A stretch of DNA of 64,000 nucleotides from contig OZ024740.1 of assembly GCA_964016885.1 (NCBI GenBank), forward strand, positions 48,918,001 to 48,982,000, given 5' to 3'. Under the pieces are notes generated by a model. The model was not told the DNA's origin and ran no database searches. It worked only from the letters and a program-made list of their open reading frames with translations. This document shows positions 62,393 to 64,000 of this stretch, in pieces (position 1 is the stretch's first letter; each line of letters begins with the position of its first letter). Made by a program: the position numbers and the translations under genes. This DNA is from Eledone cirrhosa. Lineage: Eukaryota.

Positions 62393-63714
62393 AATGAAAT
62401 TATTGTGTAAAGTGCTCAGGTGCACTACAACTCGTCAATATAGTACATAGAATAATACACAAATGCCAGGGAAGTACATGTTTGTATGTGTTAGCTGTAG
62501 TGTTGGCGGATCTCGGGAAGCATGGAGGCCTTAAAGGATGCAGTGTCTCGACAGCTAACAACTGATGCAGGTAGTTTGTTCCATACTTCAGCAACTCTGA
62601 GCGTGAAAAAATGTTTCCGAAAGTCATGGGAACTGTGCTGTTTTCTTACTTTGTGGGCATGTCCACGTGTGTTAGACACATGGAAATCGAAAAGGCACTC
62701 AGGGTTGTTGTTGGCAACATGGTTAACAATTTTGTGGGTGTTTACCAAGTCAGTTGCCAGGCGTCGGAGCTTCAATGAATCCATGCCCAGGGAAGCAAGG
62801 CGCTCAGAGTATGGTAGATGCCTGATGGAGGGTATTCGCTTGGTTGCACGTCTCTGAACAGTTTCCAGGCGGTCAATGTCCTGAGCAAGATAGGGGTTCC
62901 AGACTGGTGATGTAAATTCTAAGTGTGGTCGCACCATAGCTGTATACAGCCTTAAATAGATATCTGGAGAGCGGCTGACAAAGGTCTTGCTGAGTGATGC
63001 TAAGACACCCTCGGCCCTCTTGACAATTTTAGAGACGTGCCTCGTCCAACGCAAATCGCTGCTGACCGTAATGCCCAGGTCACGTTCACAGGAAGACTTC
63101 TTGATATTAGTGCTGTGGAGGGAGTATGTGGACGCTGGGTTTTTACTCCCAAAATGCATGGTGGTGCACTTGTCCACAGCTAGCTTGAGTTGCCAGTCTG
63201 AGATCCACTGTTGCATTGTGTCCAGGTCAGACTGCAAGCAAGATCTATAGTGTTCAGGATCTGTCCTTTTTATCTCAAGGTACAGCTTGATGTCATCTGT
63301 GTACTTTAGTACTGTGGCATTCCTTAAGTTGGCATCTATGTCATTAATATATGCCACAAACAAAAGGGGGCCAAGAACAGATCCCTGAGGTACACCAGAT
63401 GACATCTCATATGGTGAGGAATGCTGTCCCAGAACCGTGACTACCTCTCTTCGACTGAGAATGAAGGACTTCAACCAGTTAAAAAGATCATCCCTCACAC
63501 CCATTGCAGAGAGTTTTGCCATAAGCCTTTTGTGTGGCACAGAATTGAAGGCCTTCGCAAAGTCAAGATAAACAACATCCACCCATGAGCCGCCATCAGT
63601 GATCCGGGTGATGTCCTCAAGAAACTCTATAAGTTGATCACAGCAGCTGGAGTTGGGGATAAATCCAAATTGCGAGGGCCGGATAAGACTGTGAGAGCTC
63701 CAGAAGTTCCAAAG
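62378..63714 (-). mobile_element. 5'-truncated CR1-clade LINE
   Basis: Open frame from 63714 to 62491: QFGF, VYLDFAKAFNSV, SGVPQGSVLGP, KYTDD, VRPHLE, TRGH; (TTA)n tail. Confidence 0.93.
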
Positions 63715-63715
63715 T

Positions 63716-63935
63716 GTTTATAATTAGTACTGGAGGAGATTTCTCTGAAAGTACAGTAGCTAGAATAAGAACAGGTTGGAAAAAGTTAAGGGTGCTACTA
63801 CCTCTGTTGACAAGAAAAGGATTTTCTCAATTAATTAAGGGTAGATTGTATGAGGCTTGCGAGATAAATGCGATGTTGCATGGCTGTGAGACAAGGGCAG
63901 TAAATGCATGGAATGTAAGGGAAGCAACTCTTTAG
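63716..63935 (+). mobile_element. Old RTE LINE fragment
   Basis: GGDFSESTVARIRTGWKK...KGRLYEAC...LHGCET. Confidence 0.75.
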
Positions 63936-64000
63936 TCATGAATCTCCAATACATATATCAAGATATTCATTATCTAATTAAATTTTTAATTGAGGCAGAA

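Noticed and set aside
63289-63303. YTDD as a novel RT catalytic variant in the CR1 copy
   Set aside because: TAC GCA>TAC ACA CpG decay in a dead truncated copy explains it

Overview
AT-rich animal genomic DNA. The repeat families suggest a mollusc, probably an octopod cephalopod (inference). The window holds the 3' ~80% of a plus-strand ABCC4/MRP4-like ABC transporter gene. I traced 19 GT-AG exons by hand from 10761 to the stop at 59630; they join in frame (3109 nt, ~1035 aa: end of TMD1, NBD1, TMD2, NBD2), and the 5' exons lie outside the window. Introns and flanks are full of mobile DNA: a full-length degenerate Ty3/gypsy element with a -1 frameshift signal, a near-full-length RTE LINE with a PHD-type finger in its RT region, a Tx1/L1-type LINE with a fold-back 5' end, CR1, R4/Dong-like and Tc1/mariner remnants, a non-autonomous Helitron, several MITEs and many tRNA-derived SINEs. 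The most notable finding is three type I hammerhead ribozyme motifs in inverted-repeat, Penelope-like non-autonomous elements, one of them apparently intact (34910-34967, minus strand). All calls were made by eye; no searches were run.
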